A stretch of 54,931 nt of DNA from Flavobacteriales bacterium (GCA_002737665.1 NSIF01000005.1:1-54931), one strand, 5' to 3'. Positions 39,778-50,767 are shown, numbered from the stretch's first letter. The notes: a model not told the origin generated them from the sequence alone. Program-made: numbers and translations.

Positions 39778-42615
39778 ATGAATAAAAAACTTTTTCTCCT
39801 CGATGCATACGCGCTAATTTATCGAGCTTATTTCGCATTTAGCAATAGTCCACGAATCAATTCAAACGGCTTAAATACTTCAGCCATTTTTGGATTTACA
39901 AATACCGTTTTAGATATTATCAAAAAAGAGCAACCTTCTCATATAGGTGTGGTATTTGATACATCTGCGCCAACGCACCGACACATAGAATTTGAAGCAT
40001 ACAAAGCACACAGGGAGGAAATGCCTGAAGATTTAAGAAAGGCCATTCCCTATATTTATAAATTACTAGAAGCTCTGAATATACCTGCTATAGAAATGGA
40101 TGGTTTTGAAGCAGATGATATCATAGGAACCTTGGCAAAACGTGCAGAAGAAAATGGGTTTATAACCTACATGATGACTCCCGACAAAGATTTCGGGCAA
40201 CTCGTTTCAACTAATATTTTTATTTACAAACCAGGTTACAAAGGTGGTCCTCCTGAAAAATTAGGACTTCAAGAAATTTGTGCAAAGTATGGAATAGTGC
40301 GCGCCGACCAAGTGATTGACATTTTAGGATTGATGGGTGATACAGCAGATAATATTCCTGGTATTCGTGGTGTAGGAGAAAAAACAGCTCTCAATTTAAT
40401 ACATGAATATGGTACCATTGAAAATATATTAAACAATACAGCTAAACTTAAAGGAAAATTAAAAGAAAAGGTGGAGAACGGAAAAGAGGATGCTATTTTA
40501 TCACGAATGCTTGCCACAATTATTTTAGATGTGCCAATTCCTTTTGATGAAGAGCTGCTTCGATCAAAAGAAATTCATAAGGATAAAGTAAAAACACTTT
40601 TTACAGAGCTTGAGTTTCGCCGACTTTCACAACTACTCCTTGGTGAGGACATAATAAAAGAGGTAATAAAAGAAAAAGAATTTCAAAATGAAATCGTTAT
40701 TCAAGAGGGTCCATCAAAAAAAACAAAGCCAGGACAGCTAGACATCTTTGGGCACACCGGCACTGTAGAAGAAGAAAACGAAACAACAGAAAAAATAAAT
40801 TACGAAACAATTGAAACAGTAAAACACAATTACAAATTAATTGAAAACAGTACGCAAAGAGCTGCCTTAATTGTAGAACTTTCTAAACTCAAACAATTTT
40901 GTTTTGACACGGAAACAACAGGGCTAGATACAATGACAGCGGAGCTTGTTGGATTGTCTTTTAGCTGGGAAGCAACAGAAGCGTGTTATGTGCCAATTCC
41001 GGCAGAGCAAACAGAAGCACAATTAATTATTGATGAATTCAAAACTCTTTTTGCAAATGAATTAATTGGAAAAACCGGACAAAACATTAAGTACGACATG
41101 AACGTACTTAAAAATTATGGTGTAGCAATAAATGGAATTCTTTTTGATACAATGATTGCCCATTATCTTTTACAACCAGATATGAGGCACGGCATGGATG
41201 CACTTGCGGGCTCCTATCTGAATTATGCCCCCGTAAGCATTGAAACCTTAATTGGAAAAAGAGGCAAAAATCAAATTTCAATGCGAGATGTTGCTGTAGA
41301 AAAGATTATGAGTTATGCAGCAGAAGATGCTGACATCACCTGGCAATTACAAAATGTTTTCTCCCCATTACTAAAAGAAGCGAATGCACAAAAACTATTT
41401 GATGAAGTAGAAATGCCATTGGTTCCAGTTTTAGCAGCGATGGAACGAGAAGGAATTGCAATTGACACCGAAACATTAAAAAAATATTCCACTCAACTAG
41501 CAACTGAAATTAGTGTTATCGAACTAGCAATTCAAAATTTAGCTGGCACACCGTTTAACATTTCTTCTCCTAAACAAGTTGGTGATATACTTTTTGAGGT
41601 TTTAAAAATTAGTGCGAAGCCGAAGAAAACCAAAACAGGGCAATATGCAACAGGCGAAGATATCCTTCAAAAACTAATTAAAAATCATCCTATCATTGAA
41701 AAAATTCTCGAGTATCGGGAAATGATGAAACTAAAAAATACCTATGTCGATACGCTACCTGAAATGATGAACGTAAAAACTGGGCGAATTCATACTTCCT
41801 ATAACCAAGTTGTTGCGGCAACTGGTAGATTAAGTTCCGATAATCCAAACCTGCAAAATATCCCTGTTCGAACAGCTAGAGGAAGAGAAATTAGAAAAGC
41901 GTTTATTCCAAAAAATAATAATTATGTTTTAATGAGTGCCGATTATTCGCAGATTGAATTGCGTATTGTAGCATCTATTTGTGGTGATGAAAATATGTGT
42001 GCCGCTTTTCGTGATGGAAAAGATATTCATACTGCAACTGCTGCTCGTGTGTATGGTATAGCAGAGTCGGAAGTAACAAAAGAAATGCGCTACAAAGCAA
42101 AATCGGTAAATTTTGGAATCATTTACGGACAAGGAGCATTTGGATTAGCCGAAAACCTCGGAATTTCACGAGGTGAAGCAAAAGAATTAATTGAAAATTA
42201 TTTTAGAGAGTATCCTGGCGTTAAAAAATACATGGACGACACAGTAAATTTTGCTCGTGAATATGGTTACGTACAAACCATTCTTGGTCGCAGGCGATAC
42301 TTGAGCGATATCTTAAGTACTAACGCGGTGGTGCGTGGATTTGCCGAACGAAATGCTATTAATGCACCCATTCAAGGTTCAGCCGCAGATATGATTAAGG
42401 TTGCTATGATTAATGTACAAGCTGCATTAATTAAGAATAAATTTGAAACTAAATTACTATTGCAAGTGCATGACGAATTGGTTTTTGATGTGCCAGAAAA
42501 TGAAGTGGAAATAGTAAAACCCGTAATAGAAGCTGCAATGATTAATGCCCTTAAGTTAAATGTTCCGATTGAAGTTGGCATTGGTGTAGGAAAAAATTGG
42601 CTCGAGGCACATTAA
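39778..42615 (+). CDS. polA: DNA polymerase I
   Basis: 945 aa with a 5'-nuclease domain, a 3'-5' exonuclease domain (FDTETTGLD) and polymerase motifs A (SADYSQIELRI), B (RYKAKSVNFGIIYG) and C (QVHDELVF). Confidence 0.97.
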   Translation: MNKKLFLLDAYALIYRAYFAFSNSPRINSNGLNTSAIFGFTNTVLDIIKKEQPSHIGVVFDTSAPTHRHIEFEAYKAHREEMPEDLRKAIPYIYKLLEALNIPAIEMDGFEADDIIGTLAKRAEENGFITYMMTPDKDFGQLVSTNIFIYKPGYKGGPPEKLGLQEICAKYGIVRADQVIDILGLMGDTADNIPGIRGVGEKTALNLIHEYGTIENILNNTAKLKGKLKEKVENGKEDAILSRMLATIILDVPIPFDEELLRSKEIHKDKVKTLFTELEFRRLSQLLLGEDIIKEVIKEKEFQNEIVIQEGPSKKTKPGQLDIFGHTGTVEEENETTEKINYETIETVKHNYKLIENSTQRAALIVELSKLKQFCFDTETTGLDTMTAELVGLSFSWEATEACYVPIPAEQTEAQLIIDEFKTLFANELIGKTGQNIKYDMNVLKNYGVAINGILFDTMIAHYLLQPDMRHGMDALAGSYLNYAPVSIETLIGKRGKNQISMRDVAVEKIMSYAAEDADITWQLQNVFSPLLKEANAQKLFDEVEMPLVPVLAAMEREGIAIDTETLKKYSTQLATEISVIELAIQNLAGTPFNISSPKQVGDILFEVLKISAKPKKTKTGQYATGEDILQKLIKNHPIIEKILEYREMMKLKNTYVDTLPEMMNVKTGRIHTSYNQVVAATGRLSSDNPNLQNIPVRTARGREIRKAFIPKNNNYVLMSADYSQIELRIVASICGDENMCAAFRDGKDIHTATAARVYGIAESEVTKEMRYKAKSVNFGIIYGQGAFGLAENLGISRGEAKELIENYFREYPGVKKYMDDTVNFAREYGYVQTILGRRRYLSDILSTNAVVRGFAERNAINAPIQGSAADMIKVAMINVQAALIKNKFETKLLLQVHDELVFDVPENEVEIVKPVIEAAMINALKLNVPIEVGIGVGKNWLEAH

Positions 42616-42674
42616 GCAGGTATTTTATTAAAAATAAGACGAAATTCAAGACTTCTATTTGTTCATTTAGATTG

Positions 42675-42682
42675 TATATTTG
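42675..42682 (+). promoter_or_regulatory. Bacteroidetes-type -7 box (TATATTTG)
   Basis: Exact TAnnTTTG, 5 nt upstream of ATG 42688. Confidence 0.4.
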
Positions 42683-42687
42683 TGTAG

Positions 42688-43605
42688 ATGAGTTTAGTAA
42701 ACAAACATATATTTAGCACCATCATTTTAGGGTTGGTAATTTCAATATGCATAAGCTCATGCAATGAAAATTCGCAAGGCAACTACACAGTTATTAATGA
42801 CACATCAATCATTGATGTAAATAAAAAAATAGTAGCGGCAGAAAATATAATCGTTTATGTTCCTTCACCAATTGAAACTGTGGGTTTATTAAAAGAGGCC
42901 GGTGCGAAATACAATACCATTCTTTTAAATTCCCCCAACAATCTATCAAAATACGCCACCGTTCCTGCGCTTACACTTAACCTTGGTGTATATGGAACAG
43001 ACCTCGCATTTGCAAGTATTTTTGACCAGCGTGCCGATATTATTACTTATATGAATTGCACAAAAAAACTTGCAAATGCGCTGACTATTTCTTCTGCTTT
43101 TAATGCTAGCAAAAACATAAGACTAGAACGTAACATGAATAATCGCGATAGTGTATTAAGTATTATAACAGATGCCTATTGGGATTGTGATGCGCTTTTT
43201 CAAGAAAACAACCAACCACATGCATCTTCGCTAATGGTCGCTGGTGGATGGATTGAAGGGCTATACCTTGCCTGTAAAATAACTGAAAATACAAACAATA
43301 ATGCTGTTCGAGTTAGAATTTTTGAACAGCGATCGTCAATCGATAAATTAATTTTATTACTAGAAAAGCAAAACCATCCCGATTCACAAAAAATTGCAAA
43401 TGAATTAAAAAAAATAAAACTACTTTATGATGAATTACCAAATCCAGCCGACAAAAAAATAATTGTAAGTACTGATAACACAGCTGGCGTAACAACAATT
43501 GTCGACGATAACGAACCCGAAAACAACAAGATTGATTCAATAATTATTAAGAAAATAATAAACCAAGTCAAAATTACAAGAAACAATATCATAAATAATA
43601 ACTAA
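42688..43605 (+). CDS. hypothetical lipoprotein (predicted helical)
   Basis: Lipobox ICISSC. 305 aa with an N/I/K-rich tail. No recognisable motif. Confidence 0.55.
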   Translation: MSLVNKHIFSTIILGLVISICISSCNENSQGNYTVINDTSIIDVNKKIVAAENIIVYVPSPIETVGLLKEAGAKYNTILLNSPNNLSKYATVPALTLNLGVYGTDLAFASIFDQRADIITYMNCTKKLANALTISSAFNASKNIRLERNMNNRDSVLSIITDAYWDCDALFQENNQPHASSLMVAGGWIEGLYLACKITENTNNNAVRVRIFEQRSSIDKLILLLEKQNHPDSQKIANELKKIKLLYDELPNPADKKIIVSTDNTAGVTTIVDDNEPENNKIDSIIIKKIINQVKITRNNIINNN

Positions 43606-43673
43606 AACTTAATACTCTTTTTTCGAATTTATTAATCAGATCGTTTCAACATAAAATCGAAAAACATTTTATT

Positions 43674-44117
43674 ATGAATTTTCCAGGAAAAATTATTTTT
43701 CTTTCAGTTTTTTTTTCATTGCTTATGCTAGCAGATGTTGGAGCGCAATGCAACAAAAGCTGGGTTAAAAAAAAATGTATTGCTAAAATCTCTCCCTTCA
43801 TCCATAATGGTCAAATAAATACAACAATGCTACGGAATGGGGAAGCTATAGAAACCACCCTCACATTTTATTCAGGGCAAGACTACCGTGTTTTAATTTG
43901 TTCTGAAGAATCCTTAAACAATGTTGCTTTTTTAATCAGTGATTTAAATGGTAGAATAATTTTCAACAGCAAAGATCACAACAACACAAACAGTTGGGAT
44001 TTTAAAGTTAAAACAACTACGGAGTTGAAAATTTTGGTCACCTCCGACAAAACCGAAGTCGAAAAAGGGAATATTCGTGGATGTGTGTCGGTATTAGTAG
44101 GATTCAAGTCAAAATAA
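43674..44117 (+). CDS. hypothetical small secreted protein
   Basis: Signal peptide ...LMLADVGA|Q. 147 aa with 4 Cys and a beta-rich pattern. No recognisable motif. Confidence 0.5.
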   Translation: MNFPGKIIFLSVFFSLLMLADVGAQCNKSWVKKKCIAKISPFIHNGQINTTMLRNGEAIETTLTFYSGQDYRVLICSEESLNNVAFLISDLNGRIIFNSKDHNNTNSWDFKVKTTTELKILVTSDKTEVEKGNIRGCVSVLVGFKSK

Positions 44118-44132
44118 AAACTTTCGATTTTA

Positions 44133-46274
44133 TTAATTCACAAGCAATTTCTGCGTAGCTGATCTTCCTTCTGAAGTAGTAAGCTTAACAAAATACATAC
44201 CGCTTAACAAAAAGTTATTGCCTTGCACAGGAAACTGGTGAGCTCCTTCAGAAAGAGTCCCAGAGAAAATCTCTGCTATAACTCTGCCTGTCATATCAAA
44301 CAATTGTAAATTTACTTTTTGTGAATGCTCCAAAGAGAAAGTAACGATGGACTGCTCCTGAATTGGATTTGGATAAACATCAAAATGTTGAATGCCAGCA
44401 TCAGGAACATTTATGCCCGTTGGCCCAGAAATATTGATATTATCAATATAAATATTATTTCCTCCTTCACTCTCAAAAGTAAATTTGATTCGCACATTAG
44501 TTGAATTCAAAACATTTGAGATACTCACAGTTTCTGTTCGCCACTCAGCAGCACCAGGTACAAAATTAGAAGAAGTTGTAGCAGCACCTGTAGAAAGTGT
44601 TGCACCCAATTTAGAATAACGCTGTGACCACGACAACCCACAATTAGTAGAAACATAAACACGCAAACGATCATTGTCTGTTGCTGTTCTTTGGCGAAAA
44701 GCCAATTTAAATGTAAATACCGGATTTGAAATTAAATCAATATTAATGGAAGGGCTTACCATTTCATCAACAGTACCAAGCATAGATTCAGTATTTGTGA
44801 GTTTTACTGATGCTGTACCCGTTGCTGCGGCAGTTGTAACGCGAGTCCAACCGTTCCCCTGTGCATTTACAACTGTCCAATCATTTGTAAATACTGCGGC
44901 GCTCTCCAATCCTTCAAAATATTGTGCTGCGCTGTATTGCGCTGTAGTAGAACTAACCTTTACTAGCGCAGTCCTACTTAAAGTATTTGACCCACTACTA
45001 TTTGATGCGGTAAGTGTAACAGCATAAACACCTGCTGTATTATAAACAATTACAGGAATCGAATCATTCGAAGTCGAAGGTGTACCACCCGGAAAACTCC
45101 AACTCCAACTAGTAGGATGGCCTTTCCAAGAAATATCATCAAAGGTTACTGAACCACCAACACAAATAAATACCTTGTCACTAGGTAGAAAATCTGCCGT
45201 TGGAGCACAAGTATTTGGTGGATTATTATTCACCCCGGTTGCGGCCCAATTTGTTACTGTAGAAAGTTGATTGCGTTGACCTAAATTACTTCCCAAAGCG
45301 CTATACATCCTTGTGCGTTGACCAGTAGAAAACATTTTTGTACAATAAGAATATTCCATATAATTCTGAATATTTTCTTCTATGTTTGCGTTGCAAATAT
45401 GACTTGCATTAAAAGCCGGGCAAGTAACCCAACCTTTTGTTACTGGAGTATCTGTAACTCCATCATTGCCGCAAGTAATACCTGGGTTATTTGACAATCC
45501 CCAAACATGAGTAAGATTCAAAAAATGACCAACCTCATGAGTAAGCGCACGACTAGTTTGGGGGTTTCCTGTTCCAATACTACCTATATAAGTAGAAACA
45601 ATAATAATTCCATCCTTGCTCGCGCTTGGCGCAGTTCCTGGCAAATAAGCATAGCCAGCAGCTCCATTACCAATAGATTTAACTACCCACACATTTAAAT
45701 ATTTATTTCGCGGCCAATAATTTAATTTCGAATCATCGTCACCAATGTATGTTTCAGAAGAAAAAATTCGATCTATTCCATTTGTACAATTTCCATTCGG
45801 ATCAATATTGGCTAAATGGAATTCTATTTTAGCATCCGTAGCTATTCCTAAAAATGTGGAGGAAATGCTAATCGTATCTGCATTCAGTCGACGATAATCA
45901 GTATTTAGAATTCTGACTTGGTCAAGTATTTGAGCATCTGAAATATTTTCAGTTCCATAGTCATGAATAACATGAAATACAATTGGAATAATATATGTTG
46001 GAGGAGTCATTTGGGAACTGTTACCAATTTTTTCTGTAGAATTAATTGGTTGATAGCCGTTCCTAAAGTCAATCGCGTCTTGTTCTTCGGCTCTGGTTTG
46101 ATTGAGTTCAAATTCAGCTTTCAGTTCAGGATGCTCTGCAAAAACCTTATGTAGTTGTTGGTCTGTTCCACAATGAAGAAATCCATCATGAGTATTATCG
46201 ACATTTTGAGCGGAAATACTTAAGCTACCAAAAAAACAAACAATTAAGAAAAGAAAAACATCCTTTTGATTCAT
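44133..46274 (-). CDS. M43 (pappalysin/cytophagalysin-like) zinc metalloprotease with PKD-like domain and T9SS C-terminal sorting domain
   Basis: HEVGHFLNLTHVW (HExxHxxxxxH) and a PKD-like segment (VTFDDISW...YAVTLTASNSSG). The CTD is VYPNPIQEQSIVTF...GMYFVKLTT...QKLLVN. The ORF-track start at 46304 is GTG, so ATG 46274 with signal peptide ...SLSISA|Q is preferred. Confidence 0.85.
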   Translation of the reverse strand: MNQKDVFLFLIVCFFGSLSISAQNVDNTHDGFLHCGTDQQLHKVFAEHPELKAEFELNQTRAEEQDAIDFRNGYQPINSTEKIGNSSQMTPPTYIIPIVFHVIHDYGTENISDAQILDQVRILNTDYRRLNADTISISSTFLGIATDAKIEFHLANIDPNGNCTNGIDRIFSSETYIGDDDSKLNYWPRNKYLNVWVVKSIGNGAAGYAYLPGTAPSASKDGIIIVSTYIGSIGTGNPQTSRALTHEVGHFLNLTHVWGLSNNPGITCGNDGVTDTPVTKGWVTCPAFNASHICNANIEENIQNYMEYSYCTKMFSTGQRTRMYSALGSNLGQRNQLSTVTNWAATGVNNNPPNTCAPTADFLPSDKVFICVGGSVTFDDISWKGHPTSWSWSFPGGTPSTSNDSIPVIVYNTAGVYAVTLTASNSSGSNTLSRTALVKVSSTTAQYSAAQYFEGLESAAVFTNDWTVVNAQGNGWTRVTTAAATGTASVKLTNTESMLGTVDEMVSPSINIDLISNPVFTFKLAFRQRTATDNDRLRVYVSTNCGLSWSQRYSKLGATLSTGAATTSSNFVPGAAEWRTETVSISNVLNSTNVRIKFTFESEGGNNIYIDNINISGPTGINVPDAGIQHFDVYPNPIQEQSIVTFSLEHSQKVNLQLFDMTGRVIAEIFSGTLSEGAHQFPVQGNNFLLSGMYFVKLTTSEGRSATQKLLVN

Positions 46275-46303
46275 AAAATACAATTTAAATTTAATTATAC
46301 GCA

Positions 46304-47023
46304 CTAAATATCTTTGACCGAAAAAACAACATCCTTGAATTTTTCAGGATGTGCTAAGATACTTAAATATTTAGAGGCTACATTGTCTGGCTGTTCCAAA
46401 TATGCAAGATTTTTATAGTCAACAAAAGTCTTAACACGACTAAAATCGTCCTTGTTAGCTAGTCTAATTTGGCTTTGCATCTGAGTATCAACAACGCCGG
46501 GGGCAACAGAAAAAACAAAAACATTTTTTCTGTTAAGTATTTTTAACTCTTCAGCGATTGTTTTCGTGAAAAGGTCAACACCTGCTTTAGTAGCGCAATA
46601 AACACTCCAACCGTCAATAGGGTTTTTGCCCGCGCCTGAACTCACATTAATAATAATTTGAGTAACGGTATTCGATATGTATTTTTTTAGAAATGAATTC
46701 GTTAATAGAGTTGGGCTTACCAAATTCAATTGAAAAGTCTGAACTATTTCAGCAGCATCCAAATTTCCAACGTATCGAATTGTGCCGAGTGTGCCTGCAT
46801 TATTAATTAACGCAATTTTCGTGGCATTTTTCAATTCAGGAAAAGCCCATTCCTTTACTTGCTCATCATCAGAAAGGTCAATCTTAATGTGCGTATAGCG
46901 TTCGTGTTCGATTGAACAATTGCGAGCGAACCCAGTTACAAAATTATGAGGATCGGCAAGTAACAAAGTGGCTATTGATTTTCCAATTCCGTGCGAAGTG
47001 CCTGTGATGAAATAGTAGTTCAT
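46304..47023 (-). CDS. short-chain dehydrogenase/reductase (sepiapterin reductase-like)
   Basis: ITGTSHGIGKS cofactor motif and YCATK (YxxxK). The ORF-track start at 47029 is TTG, so ATG 47023 is preferred. Confidence 0.8.
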   Translation of the reverse strand: MNYYFITGTSHGIGKSIATLLLADPHNFVTGFARNCSIEHERYTHIKIDLSDDEQVKEWAFPELKNATKIALINNAGTLGTIRYVGNLDAAEIVQTFQLNLVSPTLLTNSFLKKYISNTVTQIIINVSSGAGKNPIDGWSVYCATKAGVDLFTKTIAEELKILNRKNVFVFSVAPGVVDTQMQSQIRLANKDDFSRVKTFVDYKNLAYLEQPDNVASKYLSILAHPEKFKDVVFSVKDI

Positions 47024-47049
47024 GGGCAATAATTAATAATGAATAATTA

Positions 47050-48207
47050 TTAGCTCAACGCTTGCTTTAGATCTGAAAGTAAATCATCTACATTTTCAAT
47101 TCCCACACTTAAACGAAGCAAGTTATCCACCACACCCGACTTTTCACGCTCTTCTTTTGGAATAGAAGCGTGTGTCATAGTTGCAGGATGATTTATCAAA
47201 GATTCAACACCCCCCAATGATTCCGCCAACGAAAAAACATTAAAAGAAGAAGCAACTCGAAATGTTTCAGCTAAGTCTGCTCCTTTTAATACAATAGAAA
47301 TCATTCCACCAAAATCTTTCATTTGCTTTTTCGCAATTTCATGATTCGGATGATCGGTAAATCCGGGCCAATAAATTTTTTCAATCTTTTGATGTGTCTT
47401 TAAATATTCGGCTACTTTTCTTCCGTTGTAACAATGACGTTCCATGCGAATGTGCAACGTTTTTAATCCACGCAAAACCAAAAAAGAATCCATTGGTCCT
47501 GGATTTGCACCACAGCTATTCAAAATAAAATACAACTGGTCATATAAACTCTTTTCATTCGTCACCAAGGCGCCCATTATCACATCACTGTGCCCCCCAA
47601 GATATTTTGTAACAGAATGCATAACAATATCAGCCCCCAGTGCAATTGGATTTTGCAAAAAAGGTGAAGCAAATGTGTTGTCAACAGCAAAAATTAATTT
47701 ATTCTCTTTCGCAATTTTAGCACATGCGGCAAGATCAATAATCTGCATGGTTGGATTGGTTGGAGTTTCCACCCATAATAATTTTGTATTCGCGTTTAAA
47801 TATTTTCGAATATTACCCGCTTCGGTTAAATTTATAAAATGAAATTTAATTCCGTAATTAGCAAATATTTTAGTGAACATACGATAAGAGCCACCATATA
47901 AATCATCACCCGTAATTACTTCATCGCCAGGGCGCAGTAATTTAAGCACAGCATCCATAGCGCCCATTCCTGAACTGAAACACAAACCATATGCTGCTCC
48001 TTCAAGTGCAGCAAGGCAATTTTCCAATGCGGTTCGTGTAGGATTTTTACCACGCGCATACCCATAACCTTTATTTGTACCCGGCGCTTCCTGCACATAA
48101 GTGGAGGTCTGGTATATGGGCGTCATGATTGCGCCTGTGGTAGGATCTGGCTCTTGTCCAGCATGAATTGCATTAGTACCGAAACCGTATTTGCTATGGT
48201 CGAACAT
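47050..48207 (-). CDS. trans-sulfuration PLP enzyme (cystathionine gamma-synthase / beta- or gamma-lyase family)
   Basis: PLP-lysine motif HSVTKYLGGHSD. 385 aa, Cys/Met metabolism family. Confidence 0.85.
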   Translation of the reverse strand: MFDHSKYGFGTNAIHAGQEPDPTTGAIMTPIYQTSTYVQEAPGTNKGYGYARGKNPTRTALENCLAALEGAAYGLCFSSGMGAMDAVLKLLRPGDEVITGDDLYGGSYRMFTKIFANYGIKFHFINLTEAGNIRKYLNANTKLLWVETPTNPTMQIIDLAACAKIAKENKLIFAVDNTFASPFLQNPIALGADIVMHSVTKYLGGHSDVIMGALVTNEKSLYDQLYFILNSCGANPGPMDSFLVLRGLKTLHIRMERHCYNGRKVAEYLKTHQKIEKIYWPGFTDHPNHEIAKKQMKDFGGMISIVLKGADLAETFRVASSFNVFSLAESLGGVESLINHPATMTHASIPKEEREKSGVVDNLLRLSVGIENVDDLLSDLKQALS

Positions 48208-48400
48208 GGGGCTTTTATTTAAGTCGTAAAGATAAGCGTAAAGAATTGCAATACATCGTTGTACTAATTCAATTTATTTAATAGCCAATGATTAAAACTT
48301 AAAATTGTTAAAGCAAAGCAAATATTCCTAAAAAAGGCTAGAAAAATAGTAGGCAATGTCTCTTCTAAAAATATATTAATATTAATCTTTTTCCCTACCC

Positions 48401-48408
48401 TATCTTTG
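48401..48408 (+). promoter_or_regulatory. Bacteroidetes-type -7 box (TATCTTTG)
   Basis: Exact TAnnTTTG, 16 nt upstream of ATG 48425. Confidence 0.45.
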
Positions 48409-48424
48409 TACCCTAAAATAAGAT

Positions 48425-48781
48425 ATGCAAAAAGTTTACTACTTGGCAACGTGTTCAACCTGCCAACGAATTCTGAAAGAGACAGGACTTATTTCAAAAG
48501 GGTTTATGTTGCAAGATATTAAAACTGAAAAAATCACTCCTGCACAAATTGATGAACTAAAAACCCTTTCAGGGAGTTACGAATCGCTTTTTTCAAGAAC
48601 TGCATTAAAATACAGGGCGCTTGGATTAAAGACGCAACAACTAACAGAAAAAGATTATCGAAATTACATCTTAGAAGAGTACACTTTTCTTAAACGGCCT
48701 GTTGTAGTTTCAGGAAACAACATTTTTATTGGTAATTCGAAACAAACGGTAATCGCTATCAACAAAGAAATTAAAAATTAA
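48425..48781 (+). CDS. ArsC/Spx/MgsR-family (arsenate reductase-like thioredoxin-fold) protein
   Basis: N-terminal YYLATCSTCQR motif. 118 aa. Confidence 0.75.
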   Translation: MQKVYYLATCSTCQRILKETGLISKGFMLQDIKTEKITPAQIDELKTLSGSYESLFSRTALKYRALGLKTQQLTEKDYRNYILEEYTFLKRPVVVSGNNIFIGNSKQTVIAINKEIKN

Positions 48782-48788
48782 AAACTTG

Positions 48789-48796
48789 TATTTTTG
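48789..48796 (+). promoter_or_regulatory. Bacteroidetes-type -7 box (TATTTTTG)
   Basis: Exact TAnnTTTG, 28 nt upstream of ATG 48825. Confidence 0.4.
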
Positions 48797-48824
48797 CAAT
48801 TGGACTACTGTCTAATCTTTCACT

Positions 48825-49727
48825 ATGAACAAAACACTTCTTGCGCATGTTTCTCTTTTTACTGCTATGGTAATTTATGCAGCGGGATTTACAATCATCA
48901 AAGAAGTAACTCCTCAATACCTTAGTCCTGCAGGATTTGTTGCCTTGCGTGTTTTAGGGACAACTCCCCTACTTTGGATTACTGGTCTGTTTTTTTTCGA
49001 AAAAATTGAACGAAAAGACTTCGGAAAAATTGCATTGCTTTCTTTATGTGGTGTAACTATTAACCAATCGTTTTTTATAAAAGGAATGAGTCTTACTTCT
49101 CCAATCAACGGAGCTATTATAATGATAACCTGTCCATTGTTAGTTTTAATTCTTGGCAATATTATTTTGAAAGAAAAAATTACTTGGCAAAAACTATGTG
49201 GCATTTTAATCGGACTCGGGGGTGCATTATTATTAATTCTCAGCAATACTATTTCTAACACAAAAACAGATTCACCAATTGGGGATTTGCTAATTTTTAT
49301 TAATGCACTATCATGGGGTACGTTTCTTGTTTTAGTAACGCCATTGATGAAAAAATATCATCCGGTAACAATTCTTAAATGGTCATTCCTTATGAGCATT
49401 CCCATACTTGTTCCACTTGGAATACCAAACCTCTTAGAAGTTAATTTTAATTCCTTTGACGGGAAAACAATTTTTGATATTTTATTTGTAATTGTTGGTG
49501 TAACATTTATTGCTTACCTCATGAATATATTTGCATTAAAAGCATTAAGTCCTACGGTAGTGAGCGCTTATATTTATACACAACCAATTATGGCAGCAGT
49601 GATCGCATTGGTTCTTGGAAAAGACATTCTCGGATGGCAACAAATAGTATCCGCAATCCTAATTTTTACGGGTGTACTATTGGCAAGTCAAAAGAAAACA
49701 GTAATTGATAATTCTACTGTCACTTAA
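48825..49727 (+). CDS. DMT-superfamily (EamA-like) transporter
   Basis: 300 aa with about 10 hydrophobic helices in two EamA-like halves. Confidence 0.8.
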   Translation: MNKTLLAHVSLFTAMVIYAAGFTIIKEVTPQYLSPAGFVALRVLGTTPLLWITGLFFFEKIERKDFGKIALLSLCGVTINQSFFIKGMSLTSPINGAIIMITCPLLVLILGNIILKEKITWQKLCGILIGLGGALLLILSNTISNTKTDSPIGDLLIFINALSWGTFLVLVTPLMKKYHPVTILKWSFLMSIPILVPLGIPNLLEVNFNSFDGKTIFDILFVIVGVTFIAYLMNIFALKALSPTVVSAYIYTQPIMAAVIALVLGKDILGWQQIVSAILIFTGVLLASQKKTVIDNSTVT

Positions 49728-49820
49728 TGTAAAGGCAAAACACTAAAACACGTTTGTAGAATGCAAAAAATCTTCATTCATTAGTTTTTCGTAATTTCGT
49801 AAAAATTAGCAATTCGAAAA

Positions 49821-50687
49821 ATGAAATCAATGACTGGCTACGGCAAATCGGTGTGTGAATTGCCACAAAAGAAAATCACTGTTGAAATTCGATCTCTCAA
49901 TTCTCGAACATTTGACTTAAATATTCGGATGCCTTCGGTGTATCGCGAAAAAGAATCGGAAGTGCGTTCAGAAATTTCAAAAAATGCTGATCGTGGAAAA
50001 ATAGATGTTTCAATTTATTCGGAAGGAAATACGGAAGCTTCAGTAGGTACAATGAATCATTCCTTGCTGCTTACCTACCACAAAGAATTATCAAAAGCTG
50101 CCGCTGCAATTGGTGATGAACGAAAAGATTTTTTACCGCTTTTGATGCGGATGCCCGATATTTTCAAACAGGATAAGCAAGAGTTTAATGCAGAAGAATG
50201 GAAAGCAACATTTGAATCAGTGAAAATTGCCCTTGTTGCCTTCAACACATTCCGTGAAGATGAAGGCAATACATTGGCGACTGAACTTTCGCAACGTATC
50301 GCCATCATACAAACAAAACTTTTAGCGATAGCAACCTTAGACCCTCAGCGTGCAATTGCTGTCCGTGAACGACTGAATAAACATTTAGCTGAAGCAACGA
50401 ATGCTGAAAATATTGACAAAAACAGGTTCGAGCAAGAACTCATCTATTACTTAGAAAAATTAGATATTACGGAAGAAAAAGTTCGATTACAAACGCATTT
50501 GGATTATTTTTCCGCTACCATGTTAGAAACTGGTGCGGGAAGAAAACTTGGATTTATTGCTCAGGAAATTGGCAGAGAAATAAACACAATTGGCTCTAAA
50601 GCAAATGACGCAGGAATCCAGATGATTGTCGTACAAATGAAGGATGAGTTGGAAAAAATAAAGGAGCAGTTACTTAATGTCCTTTAA
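49821..50687 (+). CDS. yicC: YicC-family stress-induced protein
   Basis: MKSMTGYG N-terminus and the C-terminal QEIGREINTIGSKAND motif. The conserved yicC-gmk arrangement is present. Confidence 0.85.
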   Translation: MKSMTGYGKSVCELPQKKITVEIRSLNSRTFDLNIRMPSVYREKESEVRSEISKNADRGKIDVSIYSEGNTEASVGTMNHSLLLTYHKELSKAAAAIGDERKDFLPLLMRMPDIFKQDKQEFNAEEWKATFESVKIALVAFNTFREDEGNTLATELSQRIAIIQTKLLAIATLDPQRAIAVRERLNKHLAEATNAENIDKNRFEQELIYYLEKLDITEEKVRLQTHLDYFSATMLETGAGRKLGFIAQEIGREINTIGSKANDAGIQMIVVQMKDELEKIKEQLLNVL

Positions 50688-50767
50688 AGAATTTATACTC
50701 CCCTTTTGAGTTGTTTTAAATTTCATAAAAAAATTAAGTAAAATTTACATGTAGTGCGGAATTACCT

